The notes beneath the pieces are model-generated. The model saw only the letters and a program-made list of their open reading frames with translations, was not told the origin of the DNA and did not search any database. From contig OZ242302.1 of NCBI GenBank assembly GCA_965208025.1, positions 176,696 to 240,695 of the forward strand: 64,000 bases of DNA, written 5' to 3'. The stretch comes from Rhodothermales bacterium. GTDB taxonomy: Bacteria > Bacteroidota > Rhodothermia > Rhodothermales > Bin80. A program made the position numbers and the translations under genes. Positions 30,914 through 41,586 of the stretch are shown piece by piece. Each line of letters starts with the position of its first letter. Position 1 is the first letter of the stretch.

Positions 30914-33910
30914 ATGCCAGTCGGACGAACTGCAGAGGAATCTTTCAACGGAGCACTTGGCCGCTCTTTGCGTCGTGCGCGTGCGATTTGGTCTGAAAGG
31001 CCGGAGTGTGTGAAGGTAGAGGAGACGAATCTTTTGCATGCCCATCCAGGTCTCAAGCCTGACCTGCTGATTCATGATGGTGTCGTCCCGCCCGTGATTC
31101 TTGAATGTTCATTTGATGCGCGGGATGCCGATCAAGATGCAATCCAGCGACTTGGGTTAGAGATTCGTCAAGGACGCTATCGGATCGGGACGACGGTGGC
31201 ACTACGGATTCCGTCAAGCTTTCGCGAGGTGCCGGGATTCAAGATTCAGGATGCATTATTGCAAGGGGCATCGCTTTCGTACGCGGTTCATCAATTGACA
31301 GAGCGTCAGGGGCAGACTTCGGTAGGAGAAGTGTTTCGTCGACGCTGGCCTCAACAAGGCTTTATGGAGGGTACGGTCTTTGATCTTGCCGCCCTACTGC
31401 CCTCCATTGGAGTACCGCAGGAAACGTTGGAGGAGATTGGGGATCGGATTGCGGTTCTGGTCAAGGAAGCCTCCAGCGGTCTGGAACTCGCCTTATCCAC
31501 CAAGGAGCAGCAGGAGGTCGCTCGCCATTTGCATCAGCGTTCGCCGCTCAAGGGATTGCGTACCATGATGGTCCTGTGGCTGAACGCACTGCTCACGCAA
31601 CAACGTCTGGCGATGCAGGGGGCCAACGAAGTGTCGCACATCGATCTGTTGCGAGATTCCCTTCCTGATTTGCGTGTTCAGATTGAGTCATGGCGCGCCA
31701 TTAATCGTCGGAACTGGAATTCGGTCTTTGAACCAGCGATCCAGATGCTTCAATTGTCTGCCAAATTTAATCCTCTGGAGACCGCACGGATGCTCTTCAA
31801 ACTGATTGGTGCGGTTGGGCAAATTGAGACCGCGCAGTTAGGATTGCACATTAGCGTGGGGGCGGAGTTGTTTCCCAAACTGAGTGAGGACCGCAAAGAG
31901 GCGGCAGCGTTTTATACGCAACCTGCCACGGCAGAGCTTCTGTCAAGTCTGACGATTGATCCATCGCGTCTCACAGCCGATGAATGGCGGGATTCGGATC
32001 TATTCCATACGCGCCGATTGAGTGATTTAGCCTGTGGAACGGGCACGCTTCTTCGGGCAGGCTATCTGCGAATCATCCAGCTTCATGAACATGCGGGGGG
32101 GAGTCAGGAAAGCCTTCGTCGTCTCCATGCGTCGGCGATGGAAGGGGGCTTGATTGGCACGGACATCAGTCCCATAGCGGCCCATCTGACGACCTCATCA
32201 CTGGCAGCATTGGGGTATGGGGATCCCTATGGAGATACACAGATCGGGTGGATTGATGTAGGTGGGGGAAAGGGACAGACGGGTGCGCTGGAATACTTTG
32301 CCACGCCGAAGGTGGTGGATTTATTCAATGTTGGGGGTGGTACTTCTCGCGGGAATGGTGATCAGGAAGAGAATTCTGTTGAGGTATTGGATGGATCCAT
32401 TGACTGGATTCTGATGAATCCTCCTTATTCAAGAACACGAGGTGGACAGCGTGTATTTGATGTGGCAGGTCTTTCATCGTCGGAGCGAAGAGATTGTCAG
32501 CGCCGGTGGAAGATGCTGGTCAAGTCGGAGCCGGTGAATAATCAGGCGGGATTGGCGGCATCCTTTTTGGCTTTGGCACGTCGCAAGTGTAAGCCGGGCG
32601 GACGGATCGGATTTGTTCTCCCCCTCTCGGCGGCATTTGCCGAATCCTGGGCAATCACGCGTCAGATGATAGAGCAAGAGTTTGAAGATGTGTTGGTGAT
32701 CGGGATCGCGAGTGGGCAGGCGCTCGGGAAGCGTGCACTTTCTGCCGACACTGGGATGGAAGAGATGTTGTTTGTAGCCACAAAGCGAATGAACCACAAT
32801 GGAGGGGAACCCAACAGGGAGGCGAGTTCACCTCCGATCTATTGCATCACTCTTCGAGAGCCTGTGCGACGTGTTGGCGAAGCAGGCGAAGTCGCTCGTG
32901 CGATTCAAAGTGTGATTCATCGAACCAAGGCATCAGGCAGCAAGAGTTCGCCTGTTCATGTTGGAGAGGATGAGATTGGACAGTTATGTGTGCAGCGGAT
33001 CAGGAAGTCTGGTGATCCGTGGAGTTCACTGGGGGTATTGCACGCGGATCTGGCACTGACGGCCCATGCACTGTTGGAAGGGAGCCTACAATTTAATGGG
33101 GAGGAAGTATCCCTTGGAGTAGAGATGTGCACGATTCAAGATCTATTTGAATTGGGACCAACCCATCACCTGATTGGACATCTCTCGGGGCAAGAGAATA
33201 TTGGGGCATTTGAGTTGAGTCCAGTATATGACGAAGTGGATGCAATTGGGCCGGACCGTGCACTCTGGAGAGCGGATGCGGGTACTCAAAGACAGTTGGT
33301 CATCCCGCTCACGCATAAGGGGATCACACCGGCAGGGGGCGGATCAGAGGAAAAGCGGGAGCAGATGCGACAGTTCCGCAGCACATTGTTCTACGCTCGC
33401 AACATGCGTTGGACCTCTCAGGCTTTGCTGGCCGCAACCACATCTCACCGTGGGATGGGAGGTCCCACCTGGACGGCTCTGGTTCACAATGATTCTCGTG
33501 TATGTGTGGCTTTTGCCCTGTGGGCAAATTCTACGCTTGGCTTCCTGATTCACTGGACACAGGGACAGAGAACACATAGCGGACGCGCACGGACACAAAT
33601 CAAGGCATTGGCCAAGATTCCCTGTCCACGGCTTGATCAAATCCCAGAGACTCGTTTGGAACGAGCGGTGAAGAGATTTGATGAGTTAGCCAAGGAGAAG
33701 TTACTGCCTGCCTGTCAGGCACATGCAGATGAGATACGAAAGGAAATTGATGATTCAGTTCTTGAAATGCTTACACTTAACCAGAATGAAGTCCCTAAAA
33801 TGATCAGCACACTACGGTGGCTCTGGTGCAATGAACCATCTGTGCACGGACAAAATCAAAAAGCCCTCTCCTTGATCACAGAGCGAGGAGCGCCGAGAAA
33901 TATGATTTAG
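30914..33910 (+). CDS. Type IIG-like fused restriction-modification enzyme, copy 3
   Basis: Collinear with copy 1 at offset 7843, with the same motifs. It diverges from about 33113 onward and has a different C-terminus. Confidence 0.82.
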   Translation: MPVGRTAEESFNGALGRSLRRARAIWSERPECVKVEETNLLHAHPGLKPDLLIHDGVVPPVILECSFDARDADQDAIQRLGLEIRQGRYRIGTTVALRIPSSFREVPGFKIQDALLQGASLSYAVHQLTERQGQTSVGEVFRRRWPQQGFMEGTVFDLAALLPSIGVPQETLEEIGDRIAVLVKEASSGLELALSTKEQQEVARHLHQRSPLKGLRTMMVLWLNALLTQQRLAMQGANEVSHIDLLRDSLPDLRVQIESWRAINRRNWNSVFEPAIQMLQLSAKFNPLETARMLFKLIGAVGQIETAQLGLHISVGAELFPKLSEDRKEAAAFYTQPATAELLSSLTIDPSRLTADEWRDSDLFHTRRLSDLACGTGTLLRAGYLRIIQLHEHAGGSQESLRRLHASAMEGGLIGTDISPIAAHLTTSSLAALGYGDPYGDTQIGWIDVGGGKGQTGALEYFATPKVVDLFNVGGGTSRGNGDQEENSVEVLDGSIDWILMNPPYSRTRGGQRVFDVAGLSSSERRDCQRRWKMLVKSEPVNNQAGLAASFLALARRKCKPGGRIGFVLPLSAAFAESWAITRQMIEQEFEDVLVIGIASGQALGKRALSADTGMEEMLFVATKRMNHNGGEPNREASSPPIYCITLREPVRRVGEAGEVARAIQSVIHRTKASGSKSSPVHVGEDEIGQLCVQRIRKSGDPWSSLGVLHADLALTAHALLEGSLQFNGEEVSLGVEMCTIQDLFELGPTHHLIGHLSGQENIGAFELSPVYDEVDAIGPDRALWRADAGTQRQLVIPLTHKGITPAGGGSEEKREQMRQFRSTLFYARNMRWTSQALLAATTSHRGMGGPTWTALVHNDSRVCVAFALWANSTLGFLIHWTQGQRTHSGRARTQIKALAKIPCPRLDQIPETRLERAVKRFDELAKEKLLPACQAHADEIRKEIDDSVLEMLTLNQNEVPKMISTLRWLWCNEPSVHGQNQKALSLITERGAPRNMI

Positions 33911-34067
33911 AACTCCTTAAACATCACGCTGGTGCCTCTGAATTAGCATTCCGCAACGTACACCAGTGGATATCCTGATTTATGATGGATAGGAATGTCA
34001 TATGAGGTTCGTTGATTATCCTACTTTTAGATTGTATGTAGAATGGTAATGAGCACCCGAAAAAAAC

Positions 34068-35096
34068 TTAATCAGATGAGAAATCTCTAAATTTTTTCAT
34101 GGGAAGATCAGAAAAGTGTCTGCGTCTCATCAGCAGGTAGTCAATAAGAATGCGCCCTCGGTACAAGGGTAAAGCATTTGTACTGATTGGAGGGGAATAA
34201 AGAGAGCGTATTTGGTGAGCAGACCAATATCCACGGAACACCGCCGCCGCCTTCTTCCATTTACCTGATAGGAGCCAACCAAGCCCAATGAAATAATCAA
34301 GAATTACTCTCTGAAACAATATTCGTCGGAACTGGGCAGGGGGAAGATTTTTGTATAGAGTCAGAATATTGTTTCGGATGTTGAGGAAAAGTTTGCTATA
34401 GCTCTGTCTGGATAAGGTGGCTGCCCCAATGTGGTAGACCTTGCTTTGTGGGACTACTCTAACTTCATAACCTGCTTGACGGAGCCGCCAGCAAAGATCA
34501 ATTTCCTCCATATGGAGTCCAAATGTATCATCCAGAAAGCCGACTTCTTCCACAGCACTGCGACGAAGCAGGAGGGAGGCTCCGCTTGCCCAATCAATAT
34601 TTGCTGGCTGATCATACTGTCCAAAATCTTTCTCAATTGATTCAAAAATGCGTCCTCGTGCAAATGGATAGCCAAGACGGTCTAAGTATCCGCCGCAAGC
34701 TCCGGCATATTCGAAATGATCCATGCGATCAAATTGTAAAATTTTTGGCTGAATCGCAGCGATTTTTAACGATTTTTCGGCGCATTCAATCAATGGATGC
34801 AACCAGTCCGCAGGAACGGCAACGTCATTGTTGAGGAGTACTACATATTCACAATTGGTGTCACGGATTGCTTCGTTGTTCGCTCGACTGTACAACCAGT
34901 TATCTGGAAGGGATAGAACTTGAACTTCTGGAAACTGATCTTTTACCCAATCAACTGAACCATCAGAGGAGTGATTGTCCACGAATATAATCTGCAAATT
35001 ATCCCATTTAGTTTGGACGACCGAAGGCAAACATGCCTTGACGATCGGGAGTCCATTATAGGAGACAATGATCACTGCGACAGATGGTGTCCTCAT
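34068..35096 (-). CDS. Glycosyltransferase family 2
   Basis: VIIVSYNG, VDNHSSDGS, LLNNDV, FEYAGACGG and HMEEIDLCWR. Confidence 0.9.
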   Translation of the reverse strand: MRTPSVAVIIVSYNGLPIVKACLPSVVQTKWDNLQIIFVDNHSSDGSVDWVKDQFPEVQVLSLPDNWLYSRANNEAIRDTNCEYVVLLNNDVAVPADWLHPLIECAEKSLKIAAIQPKILQFDRMDHFEYAGACGGYLDRLGYPFARGRIFESIEKDFGQYDQPANIDWASGASLLLRRSAVEEVGFLDDTFGLHMEEIDLCWRLRQAGYEVRVVPQSKVYHIGAATLSRQSYSKLFLNIRNNILTLYKNLPPAQFRRILFQRVILDYFIGLGWLLSGKWKKAAAVFRGYWSAHQIRSLYSPPISTNALPLYRGRILIDYLLMRRRHFSDLPMKKFRDFSSD

Positions 35097-35118
35097 GGGT
35101 AGTTCAGCGGGATTTGAA

Positions 35119-35484
35119 CTAGAAATCTGAAACGAACCGCGCCTCTTCTCCGATACGCTCAATTACTTTGTTCAACACCAATAGATAGGTATCAGAATCC
35201 AGAGAATAGGATCCCAACTGATCATTATAATCGTTCATGGTAAGACCATGGCGCGTGAGGATTGAATCAAGGGAAACAGGATCTCCCCCCAAGCCCAGTT
35301 CTGTTCGTGCATTGGTCAGATGAATGTCGACAAATATCTCAATCATCACGCTATCAATTGACGAAGTCCCTACTCCCTCGGGAGGGGTAGAACAGGCTGG
35401 AAAGAGAAACAAAAAACTTACAACGAGGAAGTAGTTATACGTTCTCACCTTGGACATCTTCAAGAGTGCGGAACGTGTAAGCAA
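35119..35484 (-). CDS. Putative lipoprotein (DUF4296-like)
   Basis: Lipobox-like FPAC followed by MIEIFVDIHL...SILTRHGLT. The exact start is uncertain. Confidence 0.55.
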   Translation of the reverse strand: MLTRSALLKMSKVRTYNYFLVVSFLFLFPACSTPPEGVGTSSIDSVMIEIFVDIHLTNARTELGLGGDPVSLDSILTRHGLTMNDYNDQLGSYSLDSDTYLLVLNKVIERIGEEARFVSDF

Positions 35485-36562
35485 TCACTTCCATTTGCCG
35501 CATGAATTCGCGTTTGGAAAAATTAGGGGCGAAGACCATACCATCAATCAAGTAAAGTCGTTGGCTCGGTTCATCATAAAAGGCATACGTCACAAAAGGC
35601 CCACCCATTCCAAACGGAAATTTACGCCCACTCTCTTCGCCGACCATATGCCATAGTCCGCGAAATTCAATAGCGAAGCGTTCATTGAAGTTGATTTCTT
35701 CCGCCGTCATGGGACGGCGGCGATCAATCTCAATCCATCCGCCAGAAGTGCCACCAATATAGTATTGCGTAAGGGTATCACGGGCCCGAATGATCCAGTC
35801 AGCAGTAAGCTTTGATGGATCTCCGTTTTCCTCATAGTAAATGAAGACGCTTCTCCATGTATCTGATAAGGTACGGCGAAGCCAGACGAACTGGGTAGTA
35901 TCTATGGCGACGAAGTAGTCATGTTGGCCATTGACCGCAAACCCATGCCCATTCATTAAGGATTGTTCAAGATCGTGCTGGCGGCCAATGTCAAACATGT
36001 CACGATGAAGTCGAGCTCTTGAGATCGCATTAAAATGGTACTTAAGTTGATCTGAATATTGCTCAATAGAAGTTACGAGCTCGCTAGATGAAGCGGCGGC
36101 AAGGTAGTAGACCAACTGGTTTCTGCGCCAGTGATCAGATCGAGCCACGAGTGCAGGAGATCCATTGATAATGATCTGGCGAAGTGAGTCATTCCTGAAG
36201 ATCGTATTCAGGTACTCGCTCTCAGGGCTATCTGTTTCGCGCGTCGAATCAGCAATTAAGCCGACAAAGAGAATATTTTTACGCTCCTTCGCCATGTCGA
36301 GTGCTGCCTGAGATGTTAAACCAATTGGTTCTAAATCAAATTCCGGTTCAACCGAAGGAAGAGTTTCTATCGCTCCCCCAACATGATCCTGCAGAGCTTG
36401 GCCTACCGTTCCAACCCATAAAGAGGAGTCAATCACCACGGTAATCTGACCTTCAATTCCAGTGGCATCAGGACGGAAATCACTTCCGAACAGTCCAGCA
36501 TCTCCACACCCTACAGAGGGAAAGGCAATGGCCAATAGGAATACAATAGGTCGCATGATCAT
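35435..36562 (-). CDS. Putative lipoprotein (DUF4837-like)
   Basis: Lipobox SVGC, LPSVEPEF, RGLWHM, MGGPF and APNFSKREFMRQMEVI. Confidence 0.7.
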   Translation of the reverse strand: MIMRPIVFLLAIAFPSVGCGDAGLFGSDFRPDATGIEGQITVVIDSSLWVGTVGQALQDHVGGAIETLPSVEPEFDLEPIGLTSQAALDMAKERKNILFVGLIADSTRETDSPESEYLNTIFRNDSLRQIIINGSPALVARSDHWRRNQLVYYLAAASSSELVTSIEQYSDQLKYHFNAISRARLHRDMFDIGRQHDLEQSLMNGHGFAVNGQHDYFVAIDTTQFVWLRRTLSDTWRSVFIYYEENGDPSKLTADWIIRARDTLTQYYIGGTSGGWIEIDRRRPMTAEEINFNERFAIEFRGLWHMVGEESGRKFPFGMGGPFVTYAFYDEPSQRLYLIDGMVFAPNFSKREFMRQMEVIAYTFRTLEDVQGENV

Positions 36563-37383
36563 GTGGAAGATTGAGGTAATTTTAGCGTGCGCACAAATTG
36601 TGCCAAAAGCCGTTGGCGCTCGGTGGAGGAAAGTGATTCATTCGTCCAGAGGTTCTCAATTTCCTTGATCACAGCCGACCCCACGATATACCCATCCGTG
36701 TGCTCTGAAAGTTTTTTGGCATCTTCCTGTGTCTGAATCCCAAAGCCTACGAGAAGAGGATTTTTCGTAATCACCTGACTCGCACGCTCCAAATAAGCAT
36801 TGATGGCACTCACCTGTCCGTGAACTCCAGTACCCGTGAGTCCAGTGATAGAAACACAGTAAACAAATCCATCAGAAAGACGGTCAATTTCCTGTATGCG
36901 CTCCGAAGAGGTATTCGGCGCGACTAGAAAAACCATATTCAAGTTGTACTTCCTGGCATGTCCCCGAAGAAGGGGGAATTCGCCCGGGGGGAGGTCTGGA
37001 ATGATCAACCCATCCACTCCCGCAAGGGTAGCTTGTTCACAAAATTGTTCAACGCCAAATCGCAGGATTGGGTTGATATAGCCCATGAGTAGGAGGGGAG
37101 TCTCACTGCGCTTCCTAAATTGAACGACTGCCTCCATGGTATTCTGCATTGTAGCTCCAGCGTTCAACGCGCAAGTGCTTGAATGTTGAATCGGGAGCCC
37201 CTCTGCCAGAGGGTCACTGTGTGGCATCCCCAACTCTATGAAGTCTGCCCCACCCGCATCAACAGCATCCAATAAATGATTGGTCAATGAGGGATGGGGG
37301 AATCCGCTCGTAAAGAAAATGCCCATGGCTTTTTCCCCATTTGCCCTGAGCATATTCAGACGATTTGAAAGACGAGAACTCAT
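36559..37383 (-). CDS. trpA: Tryptophan synthase alpha chain
   Basis: [28 protein letters not shown] and VGFGI. ATGA overlap with trpB. Confidence 0.95.
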   Translation of the reverse strand: MSSRLSNRLNMLRANGEKAMGIFFTSGFPHPSLTNHLLDAVDAGGADFIELGMPHSDPLAEGLPIQHSSTCALNAGATMQNTMEAVVQFRKRSETPLLLMGYINPILRFGVEQFCEQATLAGVDGLIIPDLPPGEFPLLRGHARKYNLNMVFLVAPNTSSERIQEIDRLSDGFVYCVSITGLTGTGVHGQVSAINAYLERASQVITKNPLLVGFGIQTQEDAKKLSEHTDGYIVGSAVIKEIENLWTNESLSSTERQRLLAQFVRTLKLPQSST

Positions 37384-38570
37384 ATATAATCCATGATGGT
37401 CTGCATATCCTTGTCTCCTCGACCAGAGCAATTCACCACAATGATGGATTCAGTTGGAACATCAGTGACAATCTTCTCTAATGCAGCAATTGCATGAGCA
37501 GTTTCGAGTGCGGGGATGATTCCCTCGGTTTGAGAAAGAAGAGTAACTCCCCTGAGTGCTGCCTCATCGGTTTCGGTAAGGTACTGAACCCGTCCAAGAT
37601 CCTTTAACCAGGAATGCTCAGGGCCAACGCCAGGATAATCTAAACCTGCGGAAATAGAATGGGCAAGTTGGATTTGACCATCATGATCTTGCAGCAGGTA
37701 ACTCATGGATCCGTGCAAAATCCCAACCGAGCCTTCGGTGAGCGTGGCGGCATGGCGACCATCAAGCCCCTCTCCGGCTGCCTCAATTCCAAACATTTTG
37801 ACATCAGGATCATCAATGAATGGATAAAATAATCCCAATGCGTTGGATCCTCCACCAACACAAGCGACGAGCACATCGGGGGTTCTTCGGCCGATCTTTT
37901 CTTCCAGCTGATGTTGAACTTCCTCTCCAATCACACTGTGAAAAGTCCGAACCATCATGGGGTATGGATGAGGACCGACAACCGAACCGATGATGTAGAA
38001 GGTATCAAGTGGGTTCGAGACCCAGTCACGAATTGCTTCATTCGTTGCATCTTTGAGCGTTTGACTGCCACTCGTTGCCGGTTTTACTTCGGCTCCTAAG
38101 AGTTGCATTCTGGCTACATTCAATGCCTGACGCTTCATATCCTCGGCCCCCATGTAGACTACACACTCTAACCCAAATCGGGCAGCGACCGTGGCAGTAG
38201 CGACGCCATGTTGACCTGCACCGGTTTCGGCAATGATCCTCGTCTTGCCCATCTGACGGGCAAGTAAGATCTGTCCAATCGTGTTATTGATTTTATGTGC
38301 GCCAGTATGACACAAATCTTCACGTTTCAGAAAGATTTGTCCTCTCCCAAGGGTTGAGCTTAAACGATCTGCAAACGTTAACGCGGTCGGACGCCCCACA
38401 TACGTCCTGAGTAAATTGATATACTGATCACGAAACTTCTGATCCGACCAGGACTCCTCAAAAGCAGATTGAACTGCAACCAGTTCTGGGATCAGAATCT
38501 CTGGAACAAATGCTCCCCCGTACGGCCCAAATCTTCCATTCTGATCGGGAGCGTTATAGCTGGTGGGCAT
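37380..38570 (-). CDS. trpB: Tryptophan synthase beta chain
   Basis: [29 protein letters not shown] and SGRGDKD. Confidence 0.97.
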   Translation of the reverse strand: MPTSYNAPDQNGRFGPYGGAFVPEILIPELVAVQSAFEESWSDQKFRDQYINLLRTYVGRPTALTFADRLSSTLGRGQIFLKREDLCHTGAHKINNTIGQILLARQMGKTRIIAETGAGQHGVATATVAARFGLECVVYMGAEDMKRQALNVARMQLLGAEVKPATSGSQTLKDATNEAIRDWVSNPLDTFYIIGSVVGPHPYPMMVRTFHSVIGEEVQHQLEEKIGRRTPDVLVACVGGGSNALGLFYPFIDDPDVKMFGIEAAGEGLDGRHAATLTEGSVGILHGSMSYLLQDHDGQIQLAHSISAGLDYPGVGPEHSWLKDLGRVQYLTETDEAALRGVTLLSQTEGIIPALETAHAIAALEKIVTDVPTESIIVVNCSGRGDKDMQTIMDYI

Positions 38571-39195
38571 CCGCTTCAATTGATTGAAAGAAGTTGGTCA
38601 CTAAATCAAAATTTTTGTTTCCTGGAGAGTCCTCAAGTCCACTTGAAAGATCAATCCCCCAAGGGGATACAGCCTGAACTACTTCTTTGACATTATCCGA
38701 ATTTAAGCCGCCGGCGAGTATGATAGGGTAGTTCTTTGCCAAGTCTGCCGCAATACTCCAATCAAAGCACATTCCGGTTCCACCAGATAATTCAGGATGC
38801 CAGGTATCCAATAAAAAAGCGACCACGCTGTCTTGATAAGCGGAAAGAAGTTTTGATAGTTTACGGACTGTGTCGTTGGGGCGAACTGACACCGCTTTAA
38901 TAACAGGGAGAGCCATACGTCGGCAATAAGCAGGGGACTCATCTCCATGTAGCTGGATTATATTGAAACCAGCAATCTCACAAGATTGATTGACGGTTGC
39001 AGCATCCACATTTACGAAGACCCCGACGGTCTGAGGACCATAGAGCCAATCGTTGATCTCTTTGACTTTCTGGGGGGCAATATAGCGCGGGCTGGGTGGA
39101 TGCTGAATAAATCCGAGATAGTCTGCACCCGCACCTGCACAAAATCTTGCATCCGGCAGATTCGTGAGTCCACAGATTTTTATTTTGAAAAGCAT
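38554..39195 (-). CDS. trpF: Phosphoribosylanthranilate isomerase
   Basis: KICGLT, QLHGDE, GGTG, LAGGL and DLSSGLE. Confidence 0.95.
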   Translation of the reverse strand: MLFKIKICGLTNLPDARFCAGAGADYLGFIQHPPSPRYIAPQKVKEINDWLYGPQTVGVFVNVDAATVNQSCEIAGFNIIQLHGDESPAYCRRMALPVIKAVSVRPNDTVRKLSKLLSAYQDSVVAFLLDTWHPELSGGTGMCFDWSIAADLAKNYPIILAGGLNSDNVKEVVQAVSPWGIDLSSGLEDSPGNKNFDLVTNFFQSIEADAHQL

Positions 39196-40001
39196 CAGGA
39201 CTCGTCAGTTGGCAAGAGCGATTCTACCTCCCCGCGAAGCGTTCGAAGGGCTAACCCTGGATCATCCGAGCGCATGAATGTTTCTCCGATCAACACTGCA
39301 TCAATACCATGCTGAGACAGGTAGGCGATATCTTTTGGTGATCGTAATCCGCTCTCAGACACCTTAGTAATAGACGGTTCAACCAGTTCAAATACACGAA
39401 GAGAGTGTTCAATATCTACTTCAAACGTATGAAGGTTTCGATTATTCACTCCAAGGATGGAAATCTGGTCAAAATCAATCTTGTCCAACTCCATTGGATC
39501 ATGGACTTCAACCAGACAATCCAGGTCTAACATTTTGGCTACATCTAACAGGTCAGCCAGTTGGTGCGAATCCAGGATGGCTGCGATAAGAAGTACCGCA
39601 TCTGCCCCATGAGCGCGAGCTTCGTATAACTGATAGGGATCAATAATAAAATCTTTCCGCAAGACTGGAACGCCGGTAAATATTGAAACACTTCTCAGAT
39701 CGCAAAGGGATCCGCCAAAGTGATCGGGTTCAGTCAGGACACTGATTGCATCTGGTTGACCATTTGAAAAGCTCTTGCTCAGTTCATGTATTCGAAATGG
39801 TTTCCTTAGGAGACCTTTTGAGGGAGAGCGTTGTTTGATTTCGGCAATAATCCCAATCCCTGGTTCTTTCAATGCTGCCAGAAAGTCCTTAGTTGAGGAT
39901 GGGGATTCGTTCTTCTCTCTCAGATCGTTGAGCGAAACTTCACGCTTACGGACGCTCAAATTATCCCGAACATCTGTCACAATGCGGTCCAGTATCGTCA
40001 T
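39195..40001 (-). CDS. trpC: Indole-3-glycerol phosphate synthase
   Basis: IAEIKQRSPSKG, SVLTE, LRKDF, GVNNRNL and SESG. Confidence 0.95.
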   Translation of the reverse strand: MTILDRIVTDVRDNLSVRKREVSLNDLREKNESPSSTKDFLAALKEPGIGIIAEIKQRSPSKGLLRKPFRIHELSKSFSNGQPDAISVLTEPDHFGGSLCDLRSVSIFTGVPVLRKDFIIDPYQLYEARAHGADAVLLIAAILDSHQLADLLDVAKMLDLDCLVEVHDPMELDKIDFDQISILGVNNRNLHTFEVDIEHSLRVFELVEPSITKVSESGLRSPKDIAYLSQHGIDAVLIGETFMRSDDPGLALRTLRGEVESLLPTDES

Positions 40002-41011
40002 GAGCGATTGCTATATTCACAGAGCATTTCTAGTCGTTCAAGGGCCGCACCAGAATCAATGCTTTCCTGTGCGATCTTGATACAGTCGTTATCCAGATAC
40101 TGGTCGGACACCCATAAACCAAGGGCACTATTCAGCAGAACCACATCTCGGCATGGACATTTTTCTCCTTTGAGGACAGAGCGAATGATTGAGGCATTTT
40201 CATGTGGATCGCCCCCGATAATCTGAGTAAGGTCAGATTTTTTGAGATCATAGGCTTCTGGTTCAATCCGATACCTACGCAGCTTTTGATCTCCCTCACG
40301 GTACTCAATCACTCGTGTTGGGGCTGCAATGGAGGCCTCATCTAAGCCGTCTGTAGAATAGAGGGTCAGAAAATGTTTGGCGTCCAAATTTTGCATCACG
40401 GCAGCAATCATTTCAGCGGTCTCATAATCAAAGGCACCGATCACTTGTCGCCTTACACTTGCAGGGTTACACAATGGTCCGAGGATATTGAAAGCTGTCC
40501 GAGCGCGTAGTGCGGTTCGAACTGGCATTACATGCCGCATGGCAGGATGATAGTGACGGGCAAAAATAAATCCGATCCCTATTTTATGTAGGCATTCAGA
40601 GACTTCATCGGCTCTAAGGTCAACCTTGACTCCAAGTGCTTGAAGAACATCAGCACTCCCAGACCTGGAAGAAACACTTTGGTTTCCGTGCTTCGCAACT
40701 GTGACACCTGCTCCAGCGCAGACGAATGCTGCGGCAGTGGAGATATTAAATGTGTTTTTGCCGTCACCTCCAGTCCCGCACACATCAATTGCATCTGGAT
40801 CTTCGCATTGAACAGGGATGAAGTATGATCGCATAACCTGAACAAGCCCTGTCAATTCCTCAACCGTTTCACCGCGGGCTCGCATCCCCATCAGGAATCC
40901 ACTAATCTGAATTGGATCCGCTTTTCCCTGCATGATGAGATGCATAGCATCTGAAGCTTGATCTCTGGAGAGTGTATCTCCCCGAGCCAGGATCTGTAAA
41001 TATTCATTCAT
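39998..41011 (-). CDS. trpD: Anthranilate phosphoribosyltransferase
   Basis: DVCGTGGDG, NISTA, KHGN...SGSAD and GLDE. Confidence 0.95.
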   Translation of the reverse strand: MNEYLQILARGDTLSRDQASDAMHLIMQGKADPIQISGFLMGMRARGETVEELTGLVQVMRSYFIPVQCEDPDAIDVCGTGGDGKNTFNISTAAAFVCAGAGVTVAKHGNQSVSSRSGSADVLQALGVKVDLRADEVSECLHKIGIGFIFARHYHPAMRHVMPVRTALRARTAFNILGPLCNPASVRRQVIGAFDYETAEMIAAVMQNLDAKHFLTLYSTDGLDEASIAAPTRVIEYREGDQKLRRYRIEPEAYDLKKSDLTQIIGGDPHENASIIRSVLKGEKCPCRDVVLLNSALGLWVSDQYLDNDCIKIAQESIDSGAALERLEMLCEYSNRS

Positions 41012-41586
41012 GATCCAATCCCCAGATGTTTGAGCCAATTTTTGATCAGTTGAGGACCCTCTCGAGTCATGATGCTTTCAGGATGAAACTGTACTCCCTC
41101 AACAGGATGAGAGATGTGCTGAACTCCCATGATCACACCATCTGCCGTGGTCGCGGTCACATTGAGACAATCGGGGATGGATTCTGGATCTAACACCAAT
41201 GAATGATAACGAGTAGCTTCAAACTGATCGGGAACATCTTGAAACAACGGATTTCCAGTATGATGAACCACACTGGTTTTTCCATGCATCAGGGTAGGGG
41301 CATGGGTCACTTCTGCTCCATACACCTCTCCAATGACTTGGTGTCCGAGACAAATTCCAAGGATTGGGACCCAGCTACCCAATTCTCGGACGACCGAATT
41401 ACATACCCCCGCATTAATGGGACGTCCAGGCCCAGGAGAAATCACGATCCCATCGGGCTTGATTGCGGCAATCTGTTCGGGAGAGAACATATCATTCCTC
41501 TCCACACGGATATCCGAGGTAGAGCAGCCAATCAACTGAACGAGGTTGTAGGTGAACGAATCGTAATTGTCTATGATATAGATCAA
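41008..41586 (-). CDS. trpG: Anthranilate synthase component II (glutamine amidotransferase)
   Basis: IDNYDSFTYNL, SPGPG, GICLGHQ and QFHPES. Confidence 0.95.
   Translation of the reverse strand: MIYIIDNYDSFTYNLVQLIGCSTSDIRVERNDMFSPEQIAAIKPDGIVISPGPGRPINAGVCNSVVRELGSWVPILGICLGHQVIGEVYGAEVTHAPTLMHGKTSVVHHTGNPLFQDVPDQFEATRYHSLVLDPESIPDCLNVTATTADGVIMGVQHISHPVEGVQFHPESIMTREGPQLIKNWLKHLGIGS

Larger units (their letters stand above)
23071..33863 (+). repeat. Tandem triplication of RM gene; unit = gene + ~360-bp spacer (3342 bp)
   Basis: Spacer 26053-26412 recurs as 29395-29497 plus 30658-30913 (split by IS630), with a few SNPs and a 1-bp indel. Confidence 0.95.
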
